64,000 nucleotides of DNA from Tubulanus polymorphus (Eukaryota > Animalia > Nemertea): NCBI RefSeq assembly GCF_964204645.1, contig NC_134026.1, positions 18,324,150-18,388,149 on the forward strand, in the 5' to 3' direction. A program made the position numbers and the translations under genes. The notes below the pieces were generated by a model, which was given only the letters and a program-made list of their open reading frames with translations, made no database searches and had not been told where the DNA came from. Of this stretch, positions 29,101-41,906 are shown piece after piece. The stretch's first letter is position 1. Every line of letters starts with the position of its first letter.

Positions 29101-32100
29101 GAGTTGTTTATAGAAATCAGAAGTTAATTTTGATTTCTATATTCACGTGCCTGTGATTTTAGCAGGTATCATGTACCAAATTTGTAAAATCATATAAGAT
29201 TAATAAATTTTTGTGGTATTTGGCAAAATAAACTTTTATAAACTTTATAAAAGTTTATAATATAAACTTTTAGTGGTTTCATTATAACAAATTTGAAGGT
29301 ATAATTTTAAAATTCGAAGTGTGGGATTTCCTCATTTATAAACTTTTATTTTGTGTTGTTTTGTAAAAATTTTGTGTTAAGATGTTATATTATGCTTTTA
29401 ACCCATTAAAAACGTTTTTGAGCATATCAATTGATATCAATACACATCTCACTACTTACTGTTATCCGACATCAATGACATTTTTCTCGACATGCTTTTT
29501 GATAATTTCCGTCTGTTCGTCTTCGACTTACGTCGCATCATCGAACTCGTCCGAAATTCCGGATCATCTGGTTCCGTATCTTCAGTTACTGTTGTGATAC
29601 TATCAGTCGAATAATCGACTGGTGGCTCCATCGGATATACTAATTTGAACTGCGGTTTCAATAACAAGTCGCTTTGATTCGTTTTAATGTCTTGAAGTCG
29701 TTCGTTCAGGTTGAATTCTTGTTTTCGTAGCGTATCCTCCGTACGGTTCACCGGCTGTTCATCGCTCGCTGAATTGTGGCTTGATTTTAAAGTGGGGAGC
29801 GCTTGCTCATATGCTAAAAAAGCGTATTCGTTAATTATAATATGTATGAAGAAATTTGATTCGCATCGAAGTACATTTTTAGATACATCACACAACCTAA
29901 GGCAGGTTTCAATTGGTCTCTACCGATTTTGGAATACACTTCAGGCACGTTCATTTTGACAAGAATATTCTCTACCTATTTCGGAATAGCATAATCGGTA
30001 AACCTGATAAAACAAAGGCTGGTAGCTTTTAATCTAGAATTCAGGTGTGTTGGAATTAATTTTTGATTGCCGCAGCCAAATGCTGATTTTGGCAGGTTCT
30101 ATTATGTTGCCGCAAAGAATTTACTTCAACTTCTTCAAAAACATGGTTTTACGCCATTGGAATTGCAATTCTTAAACTGGAATACGTTCAATCGACACTT
30201 GCCTAATATTACAGTACATCTCCAAAGGTGGAAGATTTCAACTCCAATACCCAGAGACGAAGGTCTGGATAAACAAACTCATAAAAATTGGTAGAGCAGA
30301 AATCTAGTCATTGTTTTTCTATAATCATTGGTACATGACCATTAAGGATTGCACAGGTTTCCATACAATGGAACGGAATACAAAATTAAATACATGTAAT
30401 GTGCAATGTTTTTGAACTTCTTTTGGAATGTTTTTAATCTAGTTATATCAAATATACATTTACCATATGAATAACAGATTGGCGATTGTATAGTTTTGAA
30501 ACAGATGTTTTGGTGCGCAGCCATACAATTCACATTCATTATTGATCAATTTCAATTGGTGAATAAAACAGAGTTCACGCTACTGGTATGTTATTCAGAA
30601 TGGTTTAAACTCTACCCGTTTCAATTTAGAATAGACCAAGCGTTAAATACCAGCCATAAGTCTATCGTGTATTGGTCCGTGTATTGGTCCACTCCATTTA
30701 AGAACAGACAAATTTGGACTGACCTAAAAGACCGATCCAGGTCTGTTCAAAATTCTGGAATGGACTATTTCTGGATGTATGTGTGGACAGAAACTGGTTC
30801 CAGGCCCGTTCTATAAAAAATGTCCTATATCTACCATAGATTGCCATGTCCAGATAGTCATCAAAAATCAAAAATTTTCTTAATAAATAATCGCCTTAAA
30901 TATATCATTAGTTATTAGTTATTAACTTCTGGGTGAAATCACGACATTACGCAAGGCCAGTTAAAACTGTCTGTAGCAGATTCAATCTGAATTGGTCAGT
31001 TCCAAATTTGGCCTATTCCAGGTATGGGCCAATTCAGAAAGGTCTAACTAGTGGTAGTGTAAACACGGCTTATGGAAACATTAAAGGCACATTGAACATA
31101 TCAAACAACATGAAAGGTACAGTTCCCTAACAACAATTTAACAATCCTTCCTCCCTTGGCAGGGATTTGAACCTGCCGGCATTGTGACTCTGCCACAGCA
31201 CAAATCCCTACCTGAATAGCCCCAGTGGGTACCAAGGCATGATGACATAATCATAGATCGCAAATTGGCACCACTGCTCATAATCTGACCAAATGTTGTT
31301 TATTGCACTATTTTTCAAGATAACTATTTCAGTGCCTGTACCCGGCTACATGACGTATAATCCACCTACCCTAAATTGCACCTGTACTGCACTACAGGGT
31401 AGACACAATATAGCGTCATGCCATAATGCAATGCACTACGGTGGAATTTTCAAATTATCACCAGTTTTTTAGGGTATGAAACTGTCAAAACTGAAATTGT
31501 TAAGAAGGGTTCATCACCTTCACATGAGATCTGTATTACTTCATGGATGTATTATGTTTTATATGGATGGATGTATATTATGTTGTTACCTGTTTTTGCG
31601 GAACTTGGGGCACTTTCACCGAGCCCTGAATCATTTGAGCTAAAAGGCTGGAAATTGATAGCAAAAATTTAGGTATAGATAGGTTGAACTGGTGAAGATG
31701 ATAGTTTGGACAATCTCCTTTAATGTTGCTAGTAAAGAAAACTGTCTCAAAACAAGAGAACTTACAGTGGTGCTATTTTTCCCAGGTTGATGATAACTTT
31801 TTTGATCCTGGGGTTGATGAAAGTTTATCGTATTCACAGTTGGACTGAAATTGCATAAATCAAACATAGCTTTTTACATTAACTAGGGTCCAGGACACGG
31901 TGCCCGCTTGGAAAGTAGTCTGAAATGCTCGACATTCGGATAATTTAAAGATTAAATGCCCCCTGGTAAATACATACAGACCTTGAAAGTGGACCACAAT
32001 CATAGAAACAATTCAGCAACAACTTGGCAAATGAATGTGGTAATAAAATATGCATCTCAATATAAATGGGAATACTACATTATTTCACCATTCAACAAAC

Positions 32101-35100
32101 ATACTACCACAAGGAACTTTTTCATGCTGGCACAAACCACACATCATCAGCAAATGTGGAAATGCCCAGCACAGCAAATGTTGCAGAGCTGTACATAAAG
32201 TGGTTTATGGGCATGTTGCAATACTTTCAAATTGAGGAGGCCTGAGAATGCAGACCTAAGGCCGAAGAATAATGATACTTTTTTTCTCATCACTTTTAAA
32301 TCCTGCCCGCATCAGAAAACTAACAAGCAAAATAACCATAGAAATATGATGCACCCTCCCACCTCAAGGCTCTGAAATATTAGTCTTCTTTTATCAAAGT
32401 CCAAAAATTTGCCAGCCCGCAACCAAATAACAAAGACATTGTCTGATTTTTTTCATTTTCTTCTATGAATGACATGCTCATGTCGAACCAAACACCCAAG
32501 AAGTGAGGTACTTTTATTACCAGTGTGGAGTCATATATTCATTCCGGAATATCAAGGCCATTGCGTCAGTATACATGGATTCCCTGCCATAAAATGTTAA
32601 TATCGGTCCAGATATAACATTGGCTGATCATAAAAGCAACCGGATCGATAGCAAATAAAAATAAAAAGACAGCTCCCACATCTGGAAAATGCGAGACAAT
32701 TTTATTTCCACTTTTTTTAAACTCCAAAAAGGTAAAAACCTTCCACCCTTGACATGGCTTAAAAGAGATGTGTCATGCAAAACAAGGTATCATTTTATTG
32801 GCCTGAAATGACCACCTTTTAAGAAAAACAGGACATCTTTCCATGAACCAAATACATTTGTATCAAGACCATACATCAAAGCGTATCGAAAACTTAACCT
32901 AAGAAAACTAGATTCTGTCTACAAACAGACGGACAAGATGATGGGTGAAAAAAGTGAACACAATAGCGAAGTCCCAAGTGGGCTAAGTATAATCGAAGAT
33001 TAATCTAAAATTTTATCTTAAGATAAATTGCAAAAAGTCATAGTTTACTGTACCTTGTCATTTGTTCTTCAATTTCTATTTCGTTAAAATCAGGTTCACG
33101 ACGATGAATGTAGTCATCTAAGCTGTAAGGCTGGGAATTCAGTTTTCCATTTGAGCTCTGAAAAATGTTATAGCTATGTAGTGAAGACTAATTCATTTGA
33201 ACGAAAATAAATTGCTACAGTGGCCACGCAGGAAATTTGAAAGCCACAGACTGAAAGTAGAGCATGCCCATTTGCTACATCCTAAGTCGGTCTAAGAAAT
33301 TCAGTTATTTAGATTAAATATAAGAATTGAACTAGCACTTCATCCCTCCAAGTTGGTGAAATGTTTGACCATACAACAATTTCATTATTCAATGCCTCAC
33401 GGTGAACAAATAAAGAAGCCAATGATAAACCACCACAATAATAAAAGTTTTCAGGAGCAACAACTTTGCAGTTGATGCATAGGTAGCAATGTAAATGGAA
33501 ATACAGGATGTTATTCCATCTAGGAAAGTTACATGTAGGTTGTAAACCAAATATCAAGACAATTCATCCAAGCGGATAGAAAATAATTTGGATTCCATCC
33601 TACACATGGATGAAGGACAAAAAAGTGAATGCAATAGCCCACTGAGGCTTTACCCCCAATTGGTTGAAATTTTGGATTACAGATTTAAGAAATCTAACGA
33701 AGTGATACCTCATGCCCTTGCTGTGGGCGTACTCGACCTCCAAAGTCTCCATCCAAAATCTCGGGTTGGCTCACACGCAAAATCCGAATCACACTACTTC
33801 GACAGAAAGGAGGTTTCGGACTCTCCAAAAGGTCACGTGATCAATAATAGAGTGTGATTAGAAACAAACATATTCTCCGATCTGATAGAAGAGTATTTAT
33901 AGTGTGGGGAGGTTAAAACGCTATTTTTGTGTACCTGGATTCATGAATGGTCCCTCATAGCAGGGACAGATACTGGAATTTAGCTAGGGGGTTCATTCAA
34001 TGGCAGTTAGCCAAAGTTGGCTTTTTGAGAGGCATTATGAGGTGTATTGATGGGGTTGTATTACAGTATTTACAGGGGGTGCTGAGCTTATACAATAAGA
34101 ACATTTTTACAATTTTTTACCCTTTAGTCCTGGAAAGGTAGTTCCCTAATTTTTCCGTTAGATTTTCGAAGGGTTCACCGGCAACTAGTGAACTAGTGAG
34201 GGATCCGCCTCCACAAAGTATTCTTCATAGTCACATCATAGACAGTACACATCCATGTAAATCATTTAGTCGATTGTCAATACGCAGTATTGTATAATGA
34301 CAGCATGTTTCTTGTCAAACAAAAATGGCTTCACTAACCTGATCAATTTGTATATGAAGAGGTTCTATTTTGTAGCTTGGTGGAATTTTTGAAGTCTGCA
34401 ACATCGCCAGACGGGTTTCGGCACGTTCAGCACGCCGTATCAAATTATTTATAAATGCCTCTAAGTGTGCACGCGCTGAAGCCTCTTTCTCAGCAGTAGC
34501 TTTGAGAAACTCTGTCAAATTGACTACTTCCCTGGAAAAAAGAAGTCAGCATAATCTGATGCGGATAATATCAAAATACAAATTGAATGTAAAAAGGTGC
34601 ACAGCTACATGTACCAGTATTTGCAAAACATTGCCACGCAAAACTATGCAGACCCAATCATATTTTCTGTTTTACATCATTTGCTCTATGTTCAAGAAAT
34701 CACTGATGTCATAAAACATAGATTTTGCACTGCTACCCAATATTTTCGACCAATGAGGTATATTGAAATGACTCTCAGGTTATTCTAAGTATTTAATGAT
34801 AAAGTTATGAAAACTGAAGAACAGATAATTGTTTTTCATGAAAATCATGAAAATCAACCCTTTTCAGCCCTCTACAGCAATTGCCAAATAATTTCATATG
34901 AAACAAAGTGCCAGGTGTCCAGTTCTGTGACAGTAATTCATGGAATCCTTATAACTAAACGTGTCATTCGATAAGGTTTATCAAGATTTTTAAACCAAGT
35001 GTTAATATTTCTTTCAATGCATCTATCGATTAGGCCCTTGAAGGAGGAAAGCCAAATTGGCTGTTGATGGCAAAGAATAGAGAACTGCAATACGAGCTAT

Positions 35101-36929
35101 CTAATCATATATCCTATCTGGCCCAGGCCAAATTTTGTCTTTGCCATATTAGGCCCGAAACAACCATTTAAATAGGTCCAAATGGGCCCAGTGTCATGTG
35201 AATGCACTCTCTTATTAGATATGGGCCAAATCTGATTTGAGTCTGATCCGTGCCAATTTGGTCTAGGCCAAATCAACTCTGTGTGATCGTGGCTATAATG
35301 TGCATAGTAGGCCTACTCAGTCATACATTCATAAACTAATTTTTCTTTTCAGTGATTGGTATAGTTTTCATTCATAATTGATTTATTTCACAGAAACAGG
35401 CCGTTTTGAAAGAGCTAGTCAATGTATTTTGAATAGTTGTCATCTATCTTCCATTTTCAAGGAAATTGCATGTCATAGCGGCTAGAGAACAAGGAATTCA
35501 AAATATTTGCCATGGCAGTCATATTGGAGGACAAGTAACTGTATTTTCCCGAGGTGCAACTAGAGGTGGACCTACCCCATTCATTGCACCTACCAAGTTT
35601 AAAAGAAATACGTTTTCAAAAATGTTCACTTTAGCCGATGTTCACTTTGGCAGCCATTTTAAAAGAGCAAGAAATTTGACTTTTGACATAGAACAAGGAA
35701 TTTAAAATATCTGCTATGGCCGTCATATTGCAACAGGGAGTTACTTTTTCCCATTGGTGCAAACTGTGGACTTACGCCATTACACCTACCACATTTTCAA
35801 AAAATTGCATGTAATTTGACGTGCATAGAGCGCTGAGGGAAAGCACACAATGTGTAAAATAGTGTCACCCCGCCCTACCGGGTGACATAATGACTGTACA
35901 ATATTGATATGAACACAATGGGCCCAGTGAGTCATAGATTAAGTTATGAATGACAAAAACAATTCGAAGATTCCATTTTCATGATGAAAAATTTGATCAG
36001 ATACAGCTGAAAATAAAACCCGAATATGAACATAGTTTTACTTACTTTTCCTTCTCTGTGATAAGTTTGTCTTTTTCAACGAGATGTTTTTTCAGTAACT
36101 CAACATATTCCGAGTGAGTGTCGTTTTCTTTCGTTAAATCGAGGGTTTCGCGTTGCAATTTCCGACGGTCGAGCGCGAGCTTTTCCAGCTCCATATTCGC
36201 GCGGTCGAGTTTCGTTTCTTTCACACGCAACGACTCACGGAGTTTCTCGACGGTGAACGCCAAATCATCGTAATCTTTCAGTCGATCAAGTTGATCTTTG
36301 ATGTGAAATTTCTCGAGAAGGGCCGCCGACGAATTTGCATATCCATTTTTTGGTAGCGTATTCGACGGATGAAAATTGAAAGCACTAGTACTAGATTGTG
36401 GCCATTGCGACGTACCAAACTGTGCCGGAGCGACCGGCATACTATTATTGACACAAGGACACGAATGACACATAACAGGATTTTCTCGGAAAAATTCTCG
36501 ATTCAACCTCGGCTCGCTATTTAAGTGATTTTGCTTCTCGACAGCGGCTGGCTGTTGTAGAATATTTGGCGTTTCGGGCCTTGGCACTCCTAAATCATGA
36601 ATAGGTTCTGGCATGTTGTCGTGGGTAGGGATTACAGTTTGCGTCGGAGCGTTTTGCAATATTTGATTATGCAATTCGGTTTCGCGGGCACGCTGTAACT
36701 GACGCTCCAGTTCTAACGCTGCGCTGCTGTACTTCTGAGGTGCAGTAAAGGGGTGTTCTGATTCCAGCTTATTTTCATTGTTCAGATCTTCCACTGACAC
36801 GCTGTATTTAGGACGGTAGGGATGTTTATTCTCGAGATGTGACCACAATCCTACTAATGTTAGAAAGCGTTTGCTTGGTCCACAAGTGGGACACATATAT
36901 GGAAAATCTCTTGGATCGGCCATTATCAT
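22561..36929 (-). CDS. FBXO41: F-box only protein 41-like (C2H2-type zinc finger, coiled coil, F-box, LRR-like C-terminus), ~894 aa. Coding exons 36929-36046, 34531-34339, 33157-33054, 31844-31766, 31647-31590, 29813-29460, 28920-28727, 27687-27633, 27514-27454, 27130-27032, 26584-26435, 25189-25071, 24118-23960, 23146-23031, 22620-22561
   Basis: Phase-consistent GT-AG model of 2685 nt. FPYMCPTCGPSKRFLTLVGLWSHLENKH, FLKATAEKEASARAHLEAFINNLIRRAERAE, ALFCVFMYLD...WRDVSRHPALW, SLWLAGCYCRRLQ, ARNCLRLQILELDH, TPVTPKAL and IGISDYFK all parallel vertebrate FBXO41 as recalled. The middle low-complexity exons are less certain. Confidence 0.9.
23778..23933. mobile_element. Tourist/Harbinger-like MITE, TAA TSD
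   Basis: Perfect TIR GGGATCATTCATTTATTACGTACGCA; second copy at ~55550-55714, inverted. Confidence 0.85.
23960..24118 (-). CDS. FBXO41: FBXO41-like exon
   Basis: ARNCLRLQILELDHLFEIKEATAAAMCSVGLKGLEVLDFTFTPVTPKALVQFV. Confidence 0.92.
24406..25027. mobile_element. Tc1/mariner (Tc2/pogo-type) non-autonomous element, TA TSD
   Basis: TA|CCGTATTTTCCGGCCAATAAGCC ... GGCTTATTGGCCGGAAAATACGG|TA, a perfect 23-bp TIR; internal CCAATAAGCCGA repeats. Confidence 0.88.
25071..25189 (-). CDS. FBXO41: FBXO41-like exon
   Basis: DRPLAFNDSCCDLLGRCWPNLQIICIGGEGISETGVTAI; AAG acceptor. Confidence 0.88.
26435..26584 (-). CDS. FBXO41: FBXO41-like LRR-region exon
   Basis: SLWLAGCYCRRLQQIVYVSDMYPVGMEVLWSLGAGCPDIKTLIAPPIQP. 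Confidence 0.92.
26681..26965 (-). mobile_element. Short Helentron-type (HINE/DINE-1-like) copy with triplicated ~42-bp hairpin unit
   Basis: Reverse complement of the family 3' end (gatccagggacaccatg); (ACAGATGG)3 microsatellite; three CTCCAT..ATGGAG units at 26835-26962. Confidence 0.55.
27032..27687 (-). CDS. FBXO41: FBXO41-like exons 27687-27633, 27514-27454, 27130-27032
   Basis: YLITMSKWCTEVHSLTLM / GLKARPRKDDETLQQYLQAT / RASLEDGLECLLKSSSKTMSTLKIVDCRNLLTE. Confidence 0.88.
28727..28920 (-). CDS. FBXO41: FBXO41-like F-box exon
   Basis: RRRDALFCVFMYLDNVTLGRCSMVSREWRDVSRHPALWRNIRLGKARISSK. Confidence 0.92.
29460..29813 (-). CDS. FBXO41: FBXO41-like exon (disordered linker, basic cluster)
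   Basis: ttttttag|(A)YEQALPTLK...RRKSKTNRRKLSK...SDN|GTAAGT. Confidence 0.75.
31590..31844 (-). CDS. FBXO41: FBXO41-like two small exons (31844-31766 and 31647-31590)
   Basis: PTVNTINFHQPQDQKSYHQPGKNSTT|GTAAGT and ccag|PFSSNDSGLGESAPSSAKT|GTAAC; phases fit, no homology support. Confidence 0.55.
31881..32987 (-). mobile_element. Degenerate Helentron-type element interrupted by an AGGCC..GGCCT-ended insertion (~32259-32805)
   Basis: Family 3' end at 31881 (actagggtccaggacac) and 5' end at ~32970 (gtcccaagtgggcta); further fragments at ~28300-28560, 33555-33660, 52925, 54232, 55875. Confidence 0.55.
33054..33157 (-). CDS. FBXO41: FBXO41-like exon
   Basis: tttttcag|SSNGKLNSQPYSLDDYIHRREPDFNEIEIEEQMT|gtacag; phase 0 to 2 fits. 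Confidence 0.65.
34339..34531 (-). CDS. FBXO41: FBXO41-like exon (coiled coil)
   Basis: EVVNLTEFLKATAEKEASARAHLEAFINNLIRRAERAETRL...IDQ. Confidence 0.88.
36046..36929 (-). CDS. FBXO41: FBXO41-like first coding exon (zinc finger + coiled coil)
   Basis: 295-aa ORF; upstream acceptor ttttctgctcctag (exon starts 36966); donor GTAAG after 36046; start Met at 36929 or 36923. Confidence 0.88.
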
Positions 36930-39159
36930 TCAATTATATTCATATATGCAAATCATATACCAGTTCCTAGGAGCAGAAAAAAAGTATATATCAATACCAA
37001 GATATGTGTAATTCTTTTCTTGCTTAGCTTTACAAAGACTGAGTTCACCAGTAAAATCCACGAAATACAGTCAATCCCTGATATACCGCCTATATTGGAG
37101 ATTTTGGATTTTGGTGGCATCGAGTGTATGGCTGTTACCTATATTGAGGGTTGATTTTTACTATAGTTCAAAGACAAAATGCAGATATTCCATTCTCAGG
37201 AAAACCTGGTGTTAGGCAAAGGTGATGGTTTATCAATGGGTGTATATACTGGAGTTGACTATATTATCACAGGCCAGTTCTAGCCATAGCTAGTCCTTCG
37301 TCGTGTTTATCTTTGGGGATCCATTCTCATGAAAGTGGCATGCATCAGTAAATTCAGTTCTTCAAATCAACAGGTCCCCAGAAAATGTTGCTTCATTTTC
37401 CTGCAATTAGCTCTCGAATGAAGTAGGCTAAGTTTCAAAGCATTTGAATGGGAACTAACAAAACAATAAGTGAATTTCTTATAATCGATACTCAAATTTT
37501 CATTAGGCTGACATCATGGCAACCTTCATCAATAGGCAGAGAAACCATTAATCCCTCTAAATTTACGACTCAGAATTAGGATCGATCATTAGAGCTCATT
37601 GATACAATGAAACATGAATTCATTCATTCAAAAGAAATTTATCCAGATTATGGCGAAATCTGGATTAAAATTTGTATTCTACAGATGGTTTATTCACCTA
37701 GAGTTTAAGTTCTGGTTTATTGTATACAATGTCCACACATTAGACAGAATTGAGAATTGTCTATTTCAGATCTTATACGATTAATATTTTTTAACACTTG
37801 GGGTTCGGGGATTCGAACAAAGAATTAGTTCAACTTGTTTTTGTATTCGAAAATATTGTTAAGCTTAAACCTATTACACTACAAAACATCAAATTTTCCA
37901 GGGAAGCTAGTTTTTACCGACATGAACATTTTCATATCATATATGAATATTTCCTTAAAACAAGTCAATAGTAGATTTCAAGCCATTCTTCTTGCAGTAT
38001 AGGCTATCCTGAAATAATCGGATTACCAGTACACTCACAGGTTTCAATGAAATGATGCTCGCTATCCCTTAAAATGAAAAATCACCAAAAAGGCCTGGAC
38101 CAAGACCAAAATCCTTTTAACAATATTGATATCAATCAAATTAATTAGTAGTCTAAAACAATAGTCACTTACTTCACACACATTCATATTATCAGCACTC
38201 CCATCAACAGTGACTCACCTCTCGTCGTTAATAATCAAAACGCCCATTTAAATATTAAGATAGTCCATACAGACTGAGCACACATATTTTATAGCTCGAT
38301 ATAGCTGTGTCGGCCAAACGAACTTACATTCAATCCATAGTAGCCTACTGATCAATACGAATGTAGCTAACAAACAGAATTCAGCCACGGTAAATTCTCA
38401 TTTATTCAGCTTGTGTCAGCTGCAAGCCTCGAGCCCACGTGCTGCACACATATAATATGAAGTGCACAACATTATATCTTCAAACATTGATTATCATGGA
38501 TATTGGCCACAATATTCCAGTAGTATATTTTGTTTATAATCTTTAGTAGACCTACTGATAACTAGAGATATGCTCATAGACTAGACCTTGATTTCACCTA
38601 TCAAGATGATAGGCAACAACCAATATTGCATATAGATACATATATCATATTTCATCATTGAGATGAGAGTATAAAACTCAAAGATTTCAAACACACAAGC
38701 CTAGGCCTAAATAAGCCTACACAAACCAAGAAAAATATTGCAAAAAATCAAAGCTTGTCGGCATAGCAACCTTCACGTGCAGTAAAGAACCCTTGTAATA
38801 ATCAAACAGGTGTTACTATTGTTATAATGGTAAATGAGTCCCGGCCGCTTCTAATGTATAACATTAAACACACTATAGCCACCATCACACAAGCGTTTTT
38901 GATCTGTACCAAATTAGGCCCGACCAAAAACGCTTGGGGTCTTGCTGCAGGTTCCGAAAGTGGCTCACTTGGCATTATTTAGGCTGAGCAAGTGAGTGGG
39001 CCAAATTTGACTCAGCCTGATTGCAGCTTATATGTAGGCCTAGACCTAGTCAAAGGTTCATTTGAAAATTCAGCTTAGTCTTCTTGTCTCGTCAATATTG
39101 TTTATCCCAGCCTACAAACATCATTTAGGTCTACGTCTAGTCTTGTTAGCAATGAATTA

Positions 39160-39342
39160 CAGTGGAACCTCGTTACAGCGAACTTCACAGGACCAGAAAA
39201 TATGTTCGTTATAGGGCCTAACCGATAGTTCGTTATATCCAGTATGAGAATTAATTTAAATTGTTTTACTCGGGACAAAATTCTATATTTGTTATATCCG
39301 ATGAATCGTTGTATACGAGTTCGTTATAATGAGATTTCACTG
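39160..39342. mobile_element. Tigger/pogo-like MITE, TA TSD
   Basis: TA|CAGTGGAACCTCGTTACAGCGAACTT ... GAGTTCGTTATAATGAGATTTCACTG|TA; relatives at 37068-37262, 54395-54875, 58602-58706. Confidence 0.8.
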
Positions 39343-40395
39343 TATTAAGTCTTGTATGTTTCATCAATTAAAAGATTTGGCCTGTAGGCTAAAAATGAGG
39401 ACCCATGGAACTTTATGACCTACCTGACCGGAGTATATAACGAGACGAGTAGTACTAGGTTAACTATTTATTTGACGCACAAGCTTTCACTACTAATGTA
39501 TAGCAGCTTTATCAGGTCAATGGAAAGACAATAGTATTTATAGGTAGACTGGCACTAATTATAAAGAACTGAGTGAGCGTAGGGTAATTACAAATAAATT
39601 AAAGAGTGATATGATGATGAATTACTAAGTGAGCACGGGCATTGGAAGCAATTTTTGATTGCCAATTGCCGATTTTTGGCTGTTTCTAAAATTGCCGTGG
39701 CGAATTTACTTCAATTACGTCAAAAACATAATATACAAAGAAAAAAACATCATTCATCCAGACCGTATTAGCCGTATTGCCCAATAGGGTCTAAAAAGTG
39801 CCCTTCAAAGTTTCTCGGCAATATTCTTGACAGCATAGACTTTTCCTTTTGAAGGGGCACCCATGGTTTGGAGGAGGGCACTAAACGCAGAGAAAGGAAA
39901 AGAAAGGGGCACTATTTGCGGTAATTTTATCTGAACCAAGAATATAAGGCACTTTTAGTTTGGATTAGGCAAGGCACATGACATACGGATATTGGTGAAG
40001 ACGGGGCAATTTTGCTGATTTCTAACACTAAATGGGCACGACTAAAAACATAAAATCTGAAATGAAAAAATGTATAGGCTAGTCCCCAGGACGGCTGGTA
40101 GATCTCCATGGTAAATCGAATTTTGAATTAAAGACGAAAATTTCTGAATTTATGTCAAGATAATAACTTGTCATAAAATCAGCAAAGCTTTATATTAAGG
40201 AAGTGGCAGGGAAGTGGATATTTTGCCAATGCGGCATTATTTTCGTCAACGCTATTTTGCCAATGGCTATATATAATAAGATGTAGGCCCTACTAATAAA
40301 ATAAGCTTATAACAATAAAATCATTTTATTGGGTTTAGGGTTAGAGTTTCCATAGGGTTAGAGGGTCTAGAGGGTTAGGGTTAGTAGGGTGAGGT

Positions 40396-40680
40396 TAAAC
40401 CCTTTCAGTGCGTCTAAACTGCAGTGTGGTGTACGAATCAGTGATAGATTTTGCTAGTACACCGCACTGCGGTGTATTGATGTAATTAGTAATTATCTCT
40501 CTTGAAAAATGACAGCACCTGTCTAACCTAGTGAAAAACTAGTAACTAACGATACACCGCACTGTAGACACACTAGAGTGGTATTCCCGTTATTCAACAC
40601 ACTACGGTGGAATTTTGAAAAATTTTCAAATTGGTTGTCCGTTTTACCCCGTTTTTCACCGTTTTTGGAGAGTTAGGGTA
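40396..40680. mobile_element. piggyBac-like MITE (CCCTTTCAGTGC start after TTAA); relatives at 57201-57480 and ~31325-31510
   Basis: Shared internal sequence (gcagcacct, gtaactaac, ggtggaattttt) among copies. Confidence 0.55.
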
Positions 40681-41064
40681 AGGTGAGGCTATATCTAAAA
40701 TGATTTTATGTTGAGATATATCTCAACTAGAAATACAATTATCATTATTCCCAAATGATTTCCCCCCCGGTATATGGTAAAAATGTCCCGGAAAATATGT
40801 CCCTGGAAAAAATGTCCCAGTCTATGATTACTAACTTGGTAATGTAGTTAATTTCACATCGTAATAACACCAGAGAACAAACTTGGTAATACATTTTAAT
40901 CACAATTTTAACATTTGATTACAAAATGGCTCTACTTTGATGTAATTATTTGTACCGTATTATAAATGTAACATCTTAAATTTGAAGTATCATGTAATGG
41001 TTTCACATGTTCTCAAAGGGCAGGCAAAAATAATCAATGCCAAAATTCTAGGCCTATAATTCTC

Positions 41065-41631
41065 TAGTCAGTAACCTGTCTGTGGTTTAGTTCCACGATC
41101 AAATATTTTCACAAACCACAGTCAGGAATGGGAACGTCATTTTTCAATGAAATCTTCGTCATTTCATTGTCTCTTAAGATATCCGTCTAATTTTTGTTGT
41201 AATCTACGCACAACAGATTCGTAGTTTGTCTGATACCTATAACACCTCACCTGACGATCTTAATCCATGTGCAAATCGGCCGTAAAGTGAGAGTAAATTT
41301 CCGTCGAGTCAACAGCTGCCATTTTGAAAATCACTGGAGGGTGCTGGCACCTGTGGACTGAGGCCAGGACAACAGCACAAACTAACGAAACGAAACAACG
41401 AAATTGAAAAAATTAAGAAATCAACACTAATTCACATTTTTTTCATCAAGAATTTATTATTTCATTATTTATCATGGAAAGCACAAAGATTTGAAATAGA
41501 TGTTGGAAAACCATCAAAAATAAAAATTGTCGTTTCGTCTTGGAAGTTTTATATAAATCCTTGTAGGTCACCTTGTCTATCAGCCCATCCAATTATAAAA
41601 AGCTTACCAACAACGATTAGGTAACTTACTA
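41065..41631. mobile_element. AcademH-like non-autonomous element, 9-bp TSD
   Basis: TAG...CTA termini; TIR TAGTCAGTAACCT/AGGTAACTTACTA; TSD ATAATTCTC at 41056-41064 and 41632-41640. Confidence 0.7.
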
Positions 41632-41700
41632 ATAATTCTCATGGTCACTCAATGAATTCTTTTTTATGGTTAGTGTGTAATTTACACAATTAATAAGTTT

Positions 41701-41906
41701 GGGTAAAAGTGCAGATCCGCACCTCCTCGTGATCGACGCAATCTACTGAATGACAGAATCAAGGCTAAAATCTAGCGAAGATATCTTAGAATTAACCAAT
41801 GGAAATCGTACTGAATTGCTGATGACATTTTGAATCTGAAACAATGATAATTAATGTAATTGATTGAACCGTTTACGGGGAGAGGTGCGGATCTGCACTT
41901 TTACCC
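41701..41906. mobile_element. MITE with 6-bp TSD
   Basis: TIR GGGTAAAAGTGCAGATCCGCACCTC (perfect 25 bp); TSD AAGTTT on both sides. Confidence 0.85.

Noticed and set aside
29900-30003. Acceptor-like ttttatcag upstream of the 29813 exon
   Set aside because: All three frames hit stop codons before the main ORF
33709-33934. Possible extra FBXO41 exon (open minus frame SRDLLESPK...QQGHE with GAG|GTATCA)
   Set aside because: The best acceptor (33934) gives stops in all frames, and the model is phase-consistent without this exon
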